A stretch of 38,528 bases of DNA. It comes from Gammaproteobacteria bacterium. Lineage in GTDB: Bacteria > Pseudomonadota > Gammaproteobacteria > GCA-001735895. Positions within the stretch are counted from its first letter, which is position 1. Each line of letters starts with the position of its first letter. Positions 8,161 to 21,100 of this stretch are shown here, in pieces. The stretch lies in NCBI GenBank assembly GCA_029288195.1, contig JARFPR010000142.1, forward strand, positions 1 to 38,528, in the 5' to 3' direction. The translations under genes were made by a program, and so were the position numbers. The notes under the pieces were generated by a model that saw only the letters and a program-made list of their open reading frames with translations, had not been told where the DNA came from and made no database searches.

Positions 8161-9611
8161 CCGATAAAATCGGGCATATTGCCAACTTCGACAATTTTCA
8201 TCGCGTTGGTGCCGCCCCCGGTTCCCATCAGGTCACCCTTGGTGATAATCACCAGATCACCATCCTCGACGGCACCGCTGTTTTTCATTAGTTCGACAGC
8301 CTCCCGGTTCGCCTCGGCATGATTAGTGTGGATGGTCGGGAAAAAAACCGGGAATACCCCGCGGTAAAGATTGACCTTGCGGTTGGTTGATTCATGCCGC
8401 GACAGGGCATAAATCGGTATCGAGGAACTGATACGTGACATCCACAGTGACGTCGAACCGGACTCTGTCAGGGTCGCAATGGCGCGCACGTCCAGATGGT
8501 TCGCGGTATACATGGACGCCATCGCGATTGCTTCGTCAACCTTTTCGAAGATATCATCGAGCCGATGCCTGGATTTGATCGCGCGGCTTTGCTGCTCGGC
8601 GTTCTGGCAAATATCCGACATCGCCTGCACCGTCTGACTTGGATAGGAACCGGTTGCGGTTTCCGCCGACAGCATGACCGCGTCAGTACCGTCGAGCACC
8701 GCGTTGGCAACATCGAAGACCTCGGCGCGCGTCGGAATCGGGTTGTCGCGCATCGACTCCATCATCTGCGTTGCGGTAATGGTCACACAATTAAAATCAC
8801 GGGCCTTGCGGATAATTTCTTTTTGTACCGCGGGTAAATTAGCGTCACCGATTTCAACGCCTAGATCGCCGCGCGCAATCATCAGCGCATCCGAGGCTTG
8901 GATAATCTCCTCCAGATTTTCGAGCGCCTCGGCACGTTCGATCTTGGCCACCAGGCCTGCCGAACTTCCCTCTTCCTCGAGCAGCCTGCGCGCCTGGTTC
9001 ATGTCGGCCGCATTTCTCGGAAATGATACCGCCAGGTAGTCGGCATCGATAAGTGCCGCAATCTTTAAATCAGCCTTATCCTTGTCGGTTAACACCTCGG
9101 CGGTCAAACCACCGCCTTTGAGATTGATACCCTTGTTGTCGGAAAGTTCACCACCCACCTGCACCGTGCAGTTAATTCGCGTGCCCTCGACGGCATCGAC
9201 CTGCAGCACGATGCGACCATCATCGAGCATCAGGATATCGTCATTTTCGACATCCTGCGGAAGCTTCTTGTAGGTCACGCCGACTTGATGAATATCTCCT
9301 TCACCATCCGCACACCCGGTATCCAGGCAAAAACTGTCGCCGACCGCGAGCTCGATCGAGCCCTGTTTGAATTTTTCGAGCCGTATCTTGGGTCCCTGCA
9401 AATCGGCGAGGATTGCCAGGTGCCGGTTGTTTTCGAGACCGATACGGCGGATATTTTCGGCACGCAGCTTGTGTTCGTCCGCGGTACCGTGGGAAAAGTT
9501 GAGGCGCACGACGTCAACACCGGCCTTGATAAGACTATCGATGGCTGCGTCGGATTCCGTTGCCGGCCCCATCGTGGCGACAATCTTGGTTCTACGTTGA
9601 ACTGCTCTCAT
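8157..9611 (-). CDS. pyk: Pyruvate kinase
   Basis: 484 aa with [32 protein letters not shown] and [11 protein letters not shown] motifs. Confidence 0.92.
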   Translation of the reverse strand: MRAVQRRTKIVATMGPATESDAAIDSLIKAGVDVVRLNFSHGTADEHKLRAENIRRIGLENNRHLAILADLQGPKIRLEKFKQGSIELAVGDSFCLDTGCADGEGDIHQVGVTYKKLPQDVENDDILMLDDGRIVLQVDAVEGTRINCTVQVGGELSDNKGINLKGGGLTAEVLTDKDKADLKIAALIDADYLAVSFPRNAADMNQARRLLEEEGSSAGLVAKIERAEALENLEEIIQASDALMIARGDLGVEIGDANLPAVQKEIIRKARDFNCVTITATQMMESMRDNPIPTRAEVFDVANAVLDGTDAVMLSAETATGSYPSQTVQAMSDICQNAEQQSRAIKSRHRLDDIFEKVDEAIAMASMYTANHLDVRAIATLTESGSTSLWMSRISSSIPIYALSRHESTNRKVNLYRGVFPVFFPTIHTNHAEANREAVELMKNSGAVEDGDLVIITKGDLMGTGGGTNAMKIVEVGNMPDFIG

Positions 9612-10791
9612 AGTCAGAGTACCTCTGTTCCAGCAGGGTCACGGCTGGTAATTGTTTACCTTCCAGGAACTCGAGGAAAGCGCCACCGCCCGTTGATATG
9701 TATGAAATCTGATCCGATATTCCATACTTGTCGACTGCGGCCAGGGTATCACCCCCACCTGCGATCGAAAACGCGGATGAAGCCGCGATTGCTTGCGACA
9801 GCACCCGGGTGCCTTCACCGAACTGGTCGAACTCGAACACCCCGACCGGGCCGTTCCAGACGATGGTTGCCGCCTGCTGCATGATTTCGGCAAAGTGAGC
9901 TGCGGTTTGCGGCCCGATATCGAAAATCATGTCGTCATCTTCGACCTGCTCAACCGGTTTGGTTTGCGCGATAGCAGATTCCGAAAACGCCTTGCCACAA
10001 ACCACATCTACAGGGATCGGGATTTCACGGCCCTGCGAGCGTGCCTGCTCCATCAGTCGTTTCGCCTCGGGGATCAAATCCTCCTCCACCAGCGATTTAC
10101 CGACATTGTAACCCGCGGCCGCGATAAAGGTGTTAGCGATTCCACCCCCGGGGATGAGTTGATCAACCATCGCAGACAGCGAATCGAGCACAGTCAATTT
10201 GGTTGAAACCTTGGAACCACCTACGATTGCGACCACTGGGCGTTCAGGCCTATTCAGGGCCTTGCCCAATGCATCGAGCTCAGCCGCGAGTAACGGCCCC
10301 GCGCACGCAATCGGTGCAAACTGGCCTACGCCATGGGTCGACGCCTGTGCGCGATGCGCGGTACCAAATGCGTCCATGACGAAAATATCGCACAGTGCCG
10401 CATACTGTCGCGACAGGCTTTCATCATCAGACTTTTCACCGCGATTGAAGCGCACGTTTTCGAGTAGCACCAGCTCACCATCGGCGATGACAGGTGCCCG
10501 CTCGAGATAGTCGACTACCAGCGGCACCTCCTTACCAAGCGCATTACCGAGATAGCTTGCCACCGGCTGCATGGAAAACTGCGCCTCCGGATTACCCTCT
10601 TCCGGGCGCCCCAGGTGAGACATGATCATCAGCTGCGCACCCGCGTCGATACAGTGCCGGATGGTCGGCAGCGAAGCCTTGATACGCTGATCGCTGGAGA
10701 CCTCGCCGTCCTTGATCGGGACGTTCAGGTCCTGGCGGATGAGAACACGTTTACCGGCCAGGTCAAGGCCGGTCAATTCAAGTACGGTCAT
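9592..10791 (-). CDS. pgk: Phosphoglycerate kinase
   Basis: 399 aa with [31 protein letters not shown] and [19 protein letters not shown]. Its 3' end overlaps the pyk start by 20 nt. Confidence 0.95.
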   Translation of the reverse strand: MTVLELTGLDLAGKRVLIRQDLNVPIKDGEVSSDQRIKASLPTIRHCIDAGAQLMIMSHLGRPEEGNPEAQFSMQPVASYLGNALGKEVPLVVDYLERAPVIADGELVLLENVRFNRGEKSDDESLSRQYAALCDIFVMDAFGTAHRAQASTHGVGQFAPIACAGPLLAAELDALGKALNRPERPVVAIVGGSKVSTKLTVLDSLSAMVDQLIPGGGIANTFIAAAGYNVGKSLVEEDLIPEAKRLMEQARSQGREIPIPVDVVCGKAFSESAIAQTKPVEQVEDDDMIFDIGPQTAAHFAEIMQQAATIVWNGPVGVFEFDQFGEGTRVLSQAIAASSAFSIAGGGDTLAAVDKYGISDQISYISTGGGAFLEFLEGKQLPAVTLLEQRYSDYESSST

Positions 10792-10793
10792 TC

Positions 10794-11807
<1,014 letters not shown>

Positions 11808-11817
11808 TTAAAAAAAT

Positions 11818-13818
11818 CTAGTCTGTACCCAATAGGTCGTTTATCGCATCTACCACCTTATCAACGGTGAAACCGAAGTAGGCAAATAATTCTTTAGCGG
11901 GAGCCGATTCGCCGAAAGTGTCGATGCCGATGACAGTTCCATCCATACCGACATACTTGTACCAGCCGGCAGTTGCCGCCGCTTCTACAACAATGCGCGC
12001 GCTAACCGTAGGCGGCAGAACCGAATCCCGGTAATCCGCGGGTTGGCGATCAAATACCGCGGTACAGGGCATCGATACCACGCGTATATTTTCATTTTCA
12101 AGTGCTTCCGATTCGCAGGCCGCCATTGCCAGCTCGACTTCGGAGCCGGTGGCGATAATGATGACGTCGGGAGTCGCTTCACAATCTCGCAGAATATAGC
12201 CACCGCGCGCAATGGCTTCAATTTGTTCGGTCTCGCGCGGCTGATGTTTCAGACCCTGTCGCGAAAAAACGAGGCAACTGGGCCCGTCACGATGCTCGAT
12301 CGCGGCTTTCCAGCTAACCGCGGTTTCCACGCTGTCGCAGGGACGCCAAAGCTGCATTCCAGGTAGCAGGCGCAAGGATGGCATATGCTCAACCGCCTGG
12401 TGCGTCGGGCCATCTTCACCGAGACCGATCGAATCGTGGGTATAGACAAAGATACTCTGGATCTTCATCAGCGCCGCCATGCGCAGTGCATTGCGCGCGT
12501 AGTCGGAAAAAACCAGGAAGGTGGCACCAAACGGAATAAAGCCACCATGCAGTACGATGCCGTTGAGCATTGCGGACATACCAAATTCCCGCACACCGTA
12601 GCTAACGTAATTGGCGTCGGGTGATTCAGCACCCATCGGCTTGAACCCGGACCACTCGGTCAAATTAGAGCCTCCCAGGTCTGCAGAACCACCAAACAGT
12701 TCAGGCAATAACGGCGCATAGGCTTCAAGCGCGGCCAGTGAAGACTGTCGGGTGGCCTTGTTTTCGGCAGCCTCGTCCAGTTCGGCGATAAATGCCTGCG
12801 TGGCTTCCTCCCAGTTTTCCGGCAACTCGCGATTTAAACGGCGTTCGAATTCCGCGGCCAGTTCCGCATGTTCTTCTTTATACGCGGCAAACCTGGTGTT
12901 CCAGGCATCTTCCTTGACCTGGCCTGCCTGGCGATGATCCCAACCCTGGTAGACTTCTTCAGGCACCTCGAAAGCTTCGGCTTCCCAGTTCAACTCAACC
13001 CTGGTCAACGCAACCTCTTCTTCACCGAGTGGAGCGCCATGGCAGGCGTGTCCACCGGCCTTGTTGGGGGCGCCGAATCCGATGATCGTCTTACAGCAAA
13101 TTAAAGAAGGTTTGGCAGTAATCGCGCGTGCAGCCTCTATCGCGATCTTGATTTCATCCGGGTCGTGTCCATCTACTTCGATCACGTGCCAGCCGTAGGC
13201 TTCGAAACGTTTCCCGGTATCGTCGAGAAACCAACCTTCCACCTTGCCATCGATAGAAATACCATTGTCATCCCAGAATGCGATCAGCTTGCCAAGTCCA
13301 AGGGTACCCGCAAGCGAACAGGCTTCGTGCGAAATACCTTCCATCATGCATCCATCGCCCATGAAAACATAGGTAAAGTGATCGACGATATTGTAATCGC
13401 CGCGGTTAAATGTAGCCGCTAGTGCTCGCTCGGCAATCGCCATACCCACGGCATTTGCGATTCCCTGGCCTAGTGGCCCGGTAGTGGTTTCGATCCCTGG
13501 CGTATAACCGTGCTCGGGATGCCCCGGCGTCTTGGAGTGCAGCTGGCGAAAATTCTTAAGATCTTCAATCGTGACGTCGTAACCGCTCAAATGCAGCACC
13601 GAATACGGCAACATCGAGCCATGCCCATTCGACATGACAAAGCGGTCCCGATTGCTCCATTCCGGGTTTGCCGGGTTATGGCGCATGAAGTCGTTAAACA
13701 GTACTTCAGCGATGTCAGCCATCCCCATCGGTGCACCCGGATGCCCGGAATTGGCCCTTTGCACTGCATCCATACTTAAAGCGCGGATTGCATTGGCAAG
13801 CGTTTTACGTGATGACAT
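11818..13818 (-). CDS. tkt: Transketolase
   Basis: 666 aa with [39 protein letters not shown] and [14 protein letters not shown]. Confidence 0.95.
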   Translation of the reverse strand: MSSRKTLANAIRALSMDAVQRANSGHPGAPMGMADIAEVLFNDFMRHNPANPEWSNRDRFVMSNGHGSMLPYSVLHLSGYDVTIEDLKNFRQLHSKTPGHPEHGYTPGIETTTGPLGQGIANAVGMAIAERALAATFNRGDYNIVDHFTYVFMGDGCMMEGISHEACSLAGTLGLGKLIAFWDDNGISIDGKVEGWFLDDTGKRFEAYGWHVIEVDGHDPDEIKIAIEAARAITAKPSLICCKTIIGFGAPNKAGGHACHGAPLGEEEVALTRVELNWEAEAFEVPEEVYQGWDHRQAGQVKEDAWNTRFAAYKEEHAELAAEFERRLNRELPENWEEATQAFIAELDEAAENKATRQSSLAALEAYAPLLPELFGGSADLGGSNLTEWSGFKPMGAESPDANYVSYGVREFGMSAMLNGIVLHGGFIPFGATFLVFSDYARNALRMAALMKIQSIFVYTHDSIGLGEDGPTHQAVEHMPSLRLLPGMQLWRPCDSVETAVSWKAAIEHRDGPSCLVFSRQGLKHQPRETEQIEAIARGGYILRDCEATPDVIIIATGSEVELAMAACESEALENENIRVVSMPCTAVFDRQPADYRDSVLPPTVSARIVVEAAATAGWYKYVGMDGTVIGIDTFGESAPAKELFAYFGFTVDKVVDAINDLLGTD

Positions 13819-14097
13819 TGACCATCCTCAAAATCGATTTTTCAACATAACTTCTTGATTTATAATTATTATTTTCTGGCCGCACAATATTAACTGACAT
13901 CTCGGGCCAAGGCTTGAGCTTAACCACAGCACACCCCCTGACGACAAGGCGCGATATTCTCTCGTAAATGTAAATTGACAGCAACTCATAATATTTTTAT
14001 GTCTATCCATTTAACCTATAACGCTTTAATCAGGACTGTTATTTTCCATCGCGTTCCCTATAATGCCTTTTTTCGATTTTTGGGTTGGGGAGTAATC

Positions 14098-15264
14098 ATG
14101 TCGAGTTCATATATTTTTACATCGGAATCCGTATCCGGGGGTCATCCAGATAAAATGGCGGATCAGATTTCTGATGCAGTGCTCGATGCCCTGCTCGAAC
14201 AGGACCATCGCTCCCGCGTGGCCTGCGAGACCCTGGTAAAAACAGGCATGGTGTTGCTGGCCGGCGAAATCACCACCAATGCCGAAGTCGATATGGAAGC
14301 GCTGGTGCGCAAAACGGTCTGCGATATTGGCTACGATAATCCGGAATGCGGCTTCGACGGTAAAACCTGCGCGGTGCTTACCGGTCTCGGCAAGCAATCG
14401 GGCGATATCGCGATGGGTGTCGATGAATCTGACGACAAGCAACAGGGCGCCGGTGACCAGGGACTGATGTTCGGTTATGCCTGCAACGAAACCGATGTAC
14501 TGATGCCGGCACCAATCACTTATTCCCACCGACTGGTGCGCAAACAATTCGAACTGATGAAAGCCGGCGAGCTGGACTGGTTGCTGCCCGACGCCAAGAG
14601 CCAGGTGACTTTGCGTTACGAAGATCACAAACCCATCGGAATCGAGGCGGTGGTATTGTCAACCCAGCATAAGGAATCGGTGGACTTGAAAACGCTGCGC
14701 GAAGCGGTAATCGAAACCATTCTGAAACCGGTGCTGCCGGAAGAATGGTTGGCGCAGTGTAAAAACGAAAATATACACGTTAATCCAACCGGTCGCTTCG
14801 TCATCGGTGGGCCGGTGGGTGACGCGGGCCTGACCGGACGCAAGATAATCGTTGACACCTATGGCGGTATGGCTCGCCATGGCGGCGGTGCTTTCTCGGG
14901 CAAAGACCCTTCCAAGGTCGATCGCTCGGCAGCCTACGCGGCTCGCTACGTGGCCAAAAACATTGTCGCGGCCGGGATCGCCGACCGCTGCGAGGTCCAG
15001 GTCTCTTACGCGATCGGGGTTGCCGAACCAACTTCGATCAGTGTCGACACTTTCGGCACCGGGCGCATCGACGACAGCCGCATTATCACGCTGATTCGAG
15101 ATCATTTCGACCTGCGACCCAAGGGCCTTATCGCAATGCTCGACCTGCTGAAGCCAATCTACCAGCCCACGGCTGCCTACGGTCATTTCGGCCGTGAAGA
15201 TCTTGACCTGAGCTGGGAACGCACCGACAAGGCCGATGTGCTGAAATCCGAAGCGGGCTTGTAG
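14098..15264 (+). CDS. metK: S-adenosylmethionine synthetase
   Basis: Homology starts at ATG 14098 ([30 protein letters not shown]), preceded by GGGGAG. The motifs [12 protein letters not shown] and [16 protein letters not shown] are present. The 41-aa N-terminal extension in the tracked ORF (from 13975) is AT-rich leader, not coding. Confidence 0.95.
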   Translation: MSSSYIFTSESVSGGHPDKMADQISDAVLDALLEQDHRSRVACETLVKTGMVLLAGEITTNAEVDMEALVRKTVCDIGYDNPECGFDGKTCAVLTGLGKQSGDIAMGVDESDDKQQGAGDQGLMFGYACNETDVLMPAPITYSHRLVRKQFELMKAGELDWLLPDAKSQVTLRYEDHKPIGIEAVVLSTQHKESVDLKTLREAVIETILKPVLPEEWLAQCKNENIHVNPTGRFVIGGPVGDAGLTGRKIIVDTYGGMARHGGGAFSGKDPSKVDRSAAYAARYVAKNIVAAGIADRCEVQVSYAIGVAEPTSISVDTFGTGRIDDSRIITLIRDHFDLRPKGLIAMLDLLKPIYQPTAAYGHFGREDLDLSWERTDKADVLKSEAGL

Positions 15265-15295
15265 CCGCACTGGTTCCGATCACGACTGATCCAAA

Positions 15296-15323
15296 TTGAC
15301 AGTCAGCCGTATATAGATACAAT
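15296..15323 (+). promoter_or_regulatory. Sigma-70-like promoter for the ahcY leader
   Basis: TTGACA (15296-15301), a 16-nt spacer, then TACAAT (15318-15323). It lies about 35 nt upstream of the riboswitch core. A small 5' hairpin follows: CCCCGA 15330-15335 pairs with TCGGGG 15345-15350. Confidence 0.5.
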
Positions 15324-15351
15324 ATGTGCCCCCGATTTTTACATTCGGGGT

Positions 15352-15425
15352 AGGTTTGCGAGGAGCGCTGCGACAGCTTGGCTGCCAGGCTCGCCCACCT
15401 GATCAATCCAACGGCGCTCATAAAT
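15352..15425 (+). promoter_or_regulatory. SAH (S-adenosylhomocysteine) riboswitch in the ahcY 5' leader
   Basis: The sequence GCGAGGAGCGCUGCGACAGCUUGGCUGCCAGGCUCGCCCACCUGAUCAAUCCAACGGCGCUCA contains the conserved SAH-riboswitch blocks as I recall them: AGGAGCGCUGCGAC ... CAGGCUCG ... CAACGGCGCUCA. The location, directly upstream of adenosylhomocysteinase, is the canonical context. Confidence 0.8.
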
Positions 15426-15441
15426 AGTTTGGAGATTATTT

Positions 15442-16860
<1,419 letters not shown>

Positions 16861-16875
16861 ATAATATCTCCGACT

Positions 16876-17607
16876 ATGCGGATTCCCCGCGTATATATCG
16901 GAGCAGAGCTTGTCGTTGGTGAGGAAGTCTTACTAGACAAGTCTCAAAGTCATTACCTCAAGCACGTGCTGCGCCTGAAACCGGGCGCAGCACTGCTGTT
17001 GTTTAACGGCCTGGAAGCGATCGACTACAGTGCAACACTCCAGATCGAAGGGAAACAGGTCAGGGCCACGATTAACTCTGCACTGGCCTTGCAAACCGAG
17101 TCCGGACTTGATTGCGAAATAATCCAGGCAATGGGGCGCAACGATCACATGGACTGGGTGATTCAGAAGACCACCGAACTCGGCGTTAACCGCATTGCGA
17201 TTTTTAATGCAGAGCGCACGCAATCTCCGATGAAATCCACACAACTTGAAAAAAAGCTGCTTCACTGGCGCGGGGTTGCTATCAGTGCCTGTGAACAAAG
17301 CGGTCGTGCAGTTATACCGGCACTCGATTTTCATCCTGATCTGGAGCAGGCTATTGCAGCCTCGAGTAGTGAATCAGGATTGTTACTGGATTTTAATGGC
17401 GCTGCACTCACCTCGGCTTTACAACCGCTCCCGCAATCGATATCAATTCTGCTCGGACCGGAAGGTGGCCTCACCCGTCCCGAGATTCAGCTCGCGAAAA
17501 CTGCCAATTTTATCTCGGTCAGGCTTGGTCCCCGGGTTTTGCGCACCGAAACCGCGGCCACGGCTGCACTTGCGATCGTCCAGTCGGCAGTTGGTGATTT
17601 AGGTTAG
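16876..17607 (+). CDS. rsmE: 16S rRNA (uracil1498-N3)-methyltransferase RsmE
   Basis: 243 aa with the MRIPRVYI start, HYLKHVLRLKPG, a QKTTELGVNRI block and the C-terminal GPEGGLTRPEI...LGPRVLRTETA. Confidence 0.85.
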   Translation: MRIPRVYIGAELVVGEEVLLDKSQSHYLKHVLRLKPGAALLLFNGLEAIDYSATLQIEGKQVRATINSALALQTESGLDCEIIQAMGRNDHMDWVIQKTTELGVNRIAIFNAERTQSPMKSTQLEKKLLHWRGVAISACEQSGRAVIPALDFHPDLEQAIAASSSESGLLLDFNGAALTSALQPLPQSISILLGPEGGLTRPEIQLAKTANFISVRLGPRVLRTETAATAALAIVQSAVGDLG

Positions 17608-17655
17608 TCTGCAATCCATCCTGGAGAAGATGACTTTACAGACAACGGGAAGATA

Positions 17656-18141
17656 TTAAGCCTTTAGTTCCTCCAGGCGCCCGGGGTTGAACTCGCGCTT
17701 GAGGTCGGCAATGATTTTATCCAGGTCCGGGATTACCCTACCAAGTTGATCATCGTCTACCCGTGCCACCAGGTATTCACTCAAGCCCTCGTCATTACCG
17801 GATTCCATGCTATCGGCTTCCGCCAGGTAGGCACGCGGAATATCCTGCATATGAATTCCAAGATAGGGCAGCTCAGGATCTTTTTCCGGATTATAAATGA
17901 TAGCGATTCTTGCGCGTGGTCCTGTTTGCGCAGTATTCACGCCGCACATTTGTTCGACCACGACCACCGGAATATAAACCCCGCGCCATAGCACAACCCC
18001 GCTGAACCACTCACTGCTGTCTGATAACTGGCGTGGTGTCGAGTAGCCAATTATTTCGGCTACTGCCGAGTTCGGCACCAACAGGTTAAGCGTTGTCAGT
18101 GGCAGCAACATACATCGCACCGATGTTGACTTGTTATTCAT
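17656..18141 (-). CDS. chpC: CheW-like coupling protein of the Chp system (ChpC-like)
   Basis: 161 aa, immediately downstream of chpA with a 12-nt gap. The CheW-domain pattern is LLLPLTTLNLLVPNSAVAEII...WRGVYIPVVVVEQ. The position equals chpC in P. aeruginosa, except that chpB is missing. Confidence 0.7.
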   Translation of the reverse strand: MNNKSTSVRCMLLPLTTLNLLVPNSAVAEIIGYSTPRQLSDSSEWFSGVVLWRGVYIPVVVVEQMCGVNTAQTGPRARIAIIYNPEKDPELPYLGIHMQDIPRAYLAEADSMESGNDEGLSEYLVARVDDDQLGRVIPDLDKIIADLKREFNPGRLEELKA

Positions 18142-18153
18142 GAGCTATTTCCG

Positions 18154-21100
18154 TCACCTGGCTCCCAGCGCAGTTTGGATATTTTCGATCAATTCTTCTT
18201 CCTGGTAAGGCTTGCCCATGTAATTGTTTACCCCAATTTCAAAAGCGCGATCACGGTGTTTTTCCCCGGTGCGTGAGGTGATCATAATGATCGGAATTCG
18301 GGAAAAGTTTTCTTCGTTTTGCATATGCGTTGCCAGTTCAAACCCGTCCATGCGTGGCATTTCGATATCCAGCAACATTACATCCGGGCGCAGATCCTGC
18401 AGTTGCGCAAGCGCATCAACACCGTCTTTTGCGGTGATTACCTCGTAATTATGCCGTTCGAGTAATTTGCTGGCGACCCGACGCATCGTGATCGAGTCAT
18501 CGACCACCATGACGATGTCGCGCTTATTCGAATGGCCTGTGTCTTGCTGCTGGTAAACAATTTTGACAGCGTTGGCGGCACCTTGTCTAACCAGGCCGTT
18601 TATATCAAGAATCAGAACAACGCTGCCGTCAGCAAGAATACTCGCTCCGGAAAGGGCCTTGACCTGGCTTAATTGCTTGCCCAGCGATTTAACCACGATC
18701 TCACGGTTACCGATGATCTCATCAACATGCAATGCGATCCGGACATCCCCGGCTCGACCAAAAATAATGGGCAGTTTTTCATTGTCGCCGGAGGGCTTAA
18801 ACGGAACCCCGGTATCGACCAGCTCCGCAAGGTTATAAAGCACGAACTGCTGTCCGGCATACTCGATTTCGGGATTATCCTGTTGATAGTATTCAAGCAC
18901 CTGCCGGGCTTCCAGGCGGGTGATACCCTCGATATTCATCAGCGGTATCGCGTAAGTTTCTTCACTGGCACGCACCAGGATTGCCTGGTTGATTGAAAGC
19001 GTAAACGGGAGGCGCGCAATAAATGTCGTTCCCTGCGGGTTAGTTTCAATCTGCAGGGTTCCGCCAAGCTGTTTGATCTCGATATCGACTACATCCATAC
19101 CGACACCGCGCCCCGAAAGCTGGGTTACGTGTTCGGCGGTACTAAAACCCGGTTCCAGGATGTACTGCACCAGGTCGGCATCAGTTGCCTGGTGCCTTTT
19201 ATCAAGCAGTCCCAGCTGTACCGCGCGACTGCGCACCTTGTCAAGGTCTACGCCGGCCCCATCGTCACTGACTCGAATGATGATATCGGAACCGTCACGG
19301 GTTATGTCGATCGATATTTTCCCGCTTTCGTCTTTGCCTCTTTTAACCCGTTCAACCGGGGTTTCAATACCATGCGACAGGGCGTTACGAATAATATGTT
19401 CGAGTGGTGCGACCATGCGATCGAGCACCTTGTTGTCGACCTCGTTTTCCTCGCCAGTAATTATGAGGTCGGCTTTTTTACCCAGCTCCTGGCTGCTTTG
19501 CCTGACTAGTCGGCGCAGGCGTGACAGCAAACCTGAAAACTTGACCATCCGGCTTTTGATCAATCCATCCTGCAGGTCAGCATTTACCCTTGATTGTTGC
19601 AATAAAAGTGTTTCAGAATCGCGCACCTGCTCGCCCAGCATGGCTTGCAAACTGGACAGATCGTTAACCGATTCGCCCAGCGAACGCGACAGCTCCTGTA
19701 TCATCGTATAACGGTCCATCTCGAGAGGATCAAATTCACCCTTTCGCTCGGACTCGGAACGGTGACTAAAATGAATTTGAGCATCGGTCTCCGCTTCGAG
19801 GTTACGCAGCTGTCCCTTGAGTCGTGCAATAGTCTGCCCCAGTTCGCCGAGGTAGGAACCCAGACCTGCGACCTGTTGCTCCATGCGCGCCCGGTAGATA
19901 CTAACCTCGCCTGCCGAATTTACCAGGTTGTCGAGCAGGTCCGAACGAACCTTGATGACATCTTGCGACGGACGCTCCAGGGTTGAGAGTGGCTCACCCG
20001 GCAGGTTTTCACTGACGATGTCGATATCTTCGCTATCCATATCGAAGCCACTGTCTTCATCGTCTGTGTCTTCACTATGCCCATCAGCTTCACCACGGCG
20101 TAAGTCCTTCAGGAATTCAACCAGGCGCTCGGAATTACTCATCTGCTTCCCTTCCTGCGCTTCGACCACCTGTTGATGAAGCAGGTCAAAACAATCCTTC
20201 AGCAATTCGATCAGGTTTTCATTTTTGTCTACACGCCCATCGATTACCGCGATAAACATCGATTCCATCTCATGCGAGAGGTTGCTGATTTCCTCGAGCT
20301 CGGCCATACGAGCGCCACCCTTGAGCGTATGCAGGTAGCGTTGCAGTTCCATTACCGCGTTATAGTCCTGGGCACCCGTTTCATCGGATTTTTGTTGCGA
20401 CCACTGGTGCAAAGTATTGTCACTCATTTCCAGCAATTCATTCGCCTCATCGACGAAAATAGTTAGCAGCTCGGTATCCTGTTCCCGCTCGAGCGATTCA
20501 CTTATCTTCGTCAGGGTATCAATGAATTCGCCACTCGGTCCCGCCTCGTCTTCAGGGATTTCAACAGTATGTTCTTCGAAATCTTCGGCCAGAGCCTTGA
20601 AACTAATCTCGAGATCTTCGTTGATAGCCGGGAGCTGTCGACTAGCGACTAATTCTTTGGTCATGCGCAGGAGCTCGATCTGGCCCTGGCGATAAAGGGC
20701 CACAATTTCGTCATCAAGGGCCATCTTTTGTGCGATTGCGATTTTAAGGGGTTTTTCCATTAAACCGGCCAGTTTGCCGATAGTGCGGATATCCGCGGTG
20801 CGCGAGGCACCGTGAATCGTGTGGAGCGAGCGATAGATTTCTTCGCCAGGAATCAGTTCATGGATTTGTTCCGCATGATCAAGGGCGAAACTTATTATGC
20901 CGAGGTGCTGTTCTACCTCTTGCTGGTAAATTGTCAGCAACTCCGGGTCGAACGACAGGCCGGTTGGTTCTGGCGGCTCTTGGTCTTTGGGCTCGCTCTC
21001 CCCTGCCTCTTCGCCAGGCACCGGGCTCGCTGTCGTGTCGACGAAAGGGTCGGGGGGGTACTCCTGTTCAGTATCCGGTGCGGACTCGGGTGTCTCCGAG

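Noticed and set aside
13975-14097. N-terminal extension of metK in the ORF track; likewise 5959-6003 for rapA and 6656-6715 for the 2-TM protein
   Set aside because: The homology-supported N-termini begin at internal Met codons with better RBS context. The extensions are AT-rich leader sequence or overlap the upstream gene.
13819-14097. Looked for a SAM riboswitch or MetJ boxes in the tkt/metK divergent spacer
   Set aside because: I could not identify SAM-I, SAM-II or SAM-V core motifs or AGACGTCT-type boxes by eye. Only plausible promoter elements are visible: TTGACA at about 13975 and TATAAT at about 14060. A cmsearch against Rfam would be needed to exclude a riboswitch formally.
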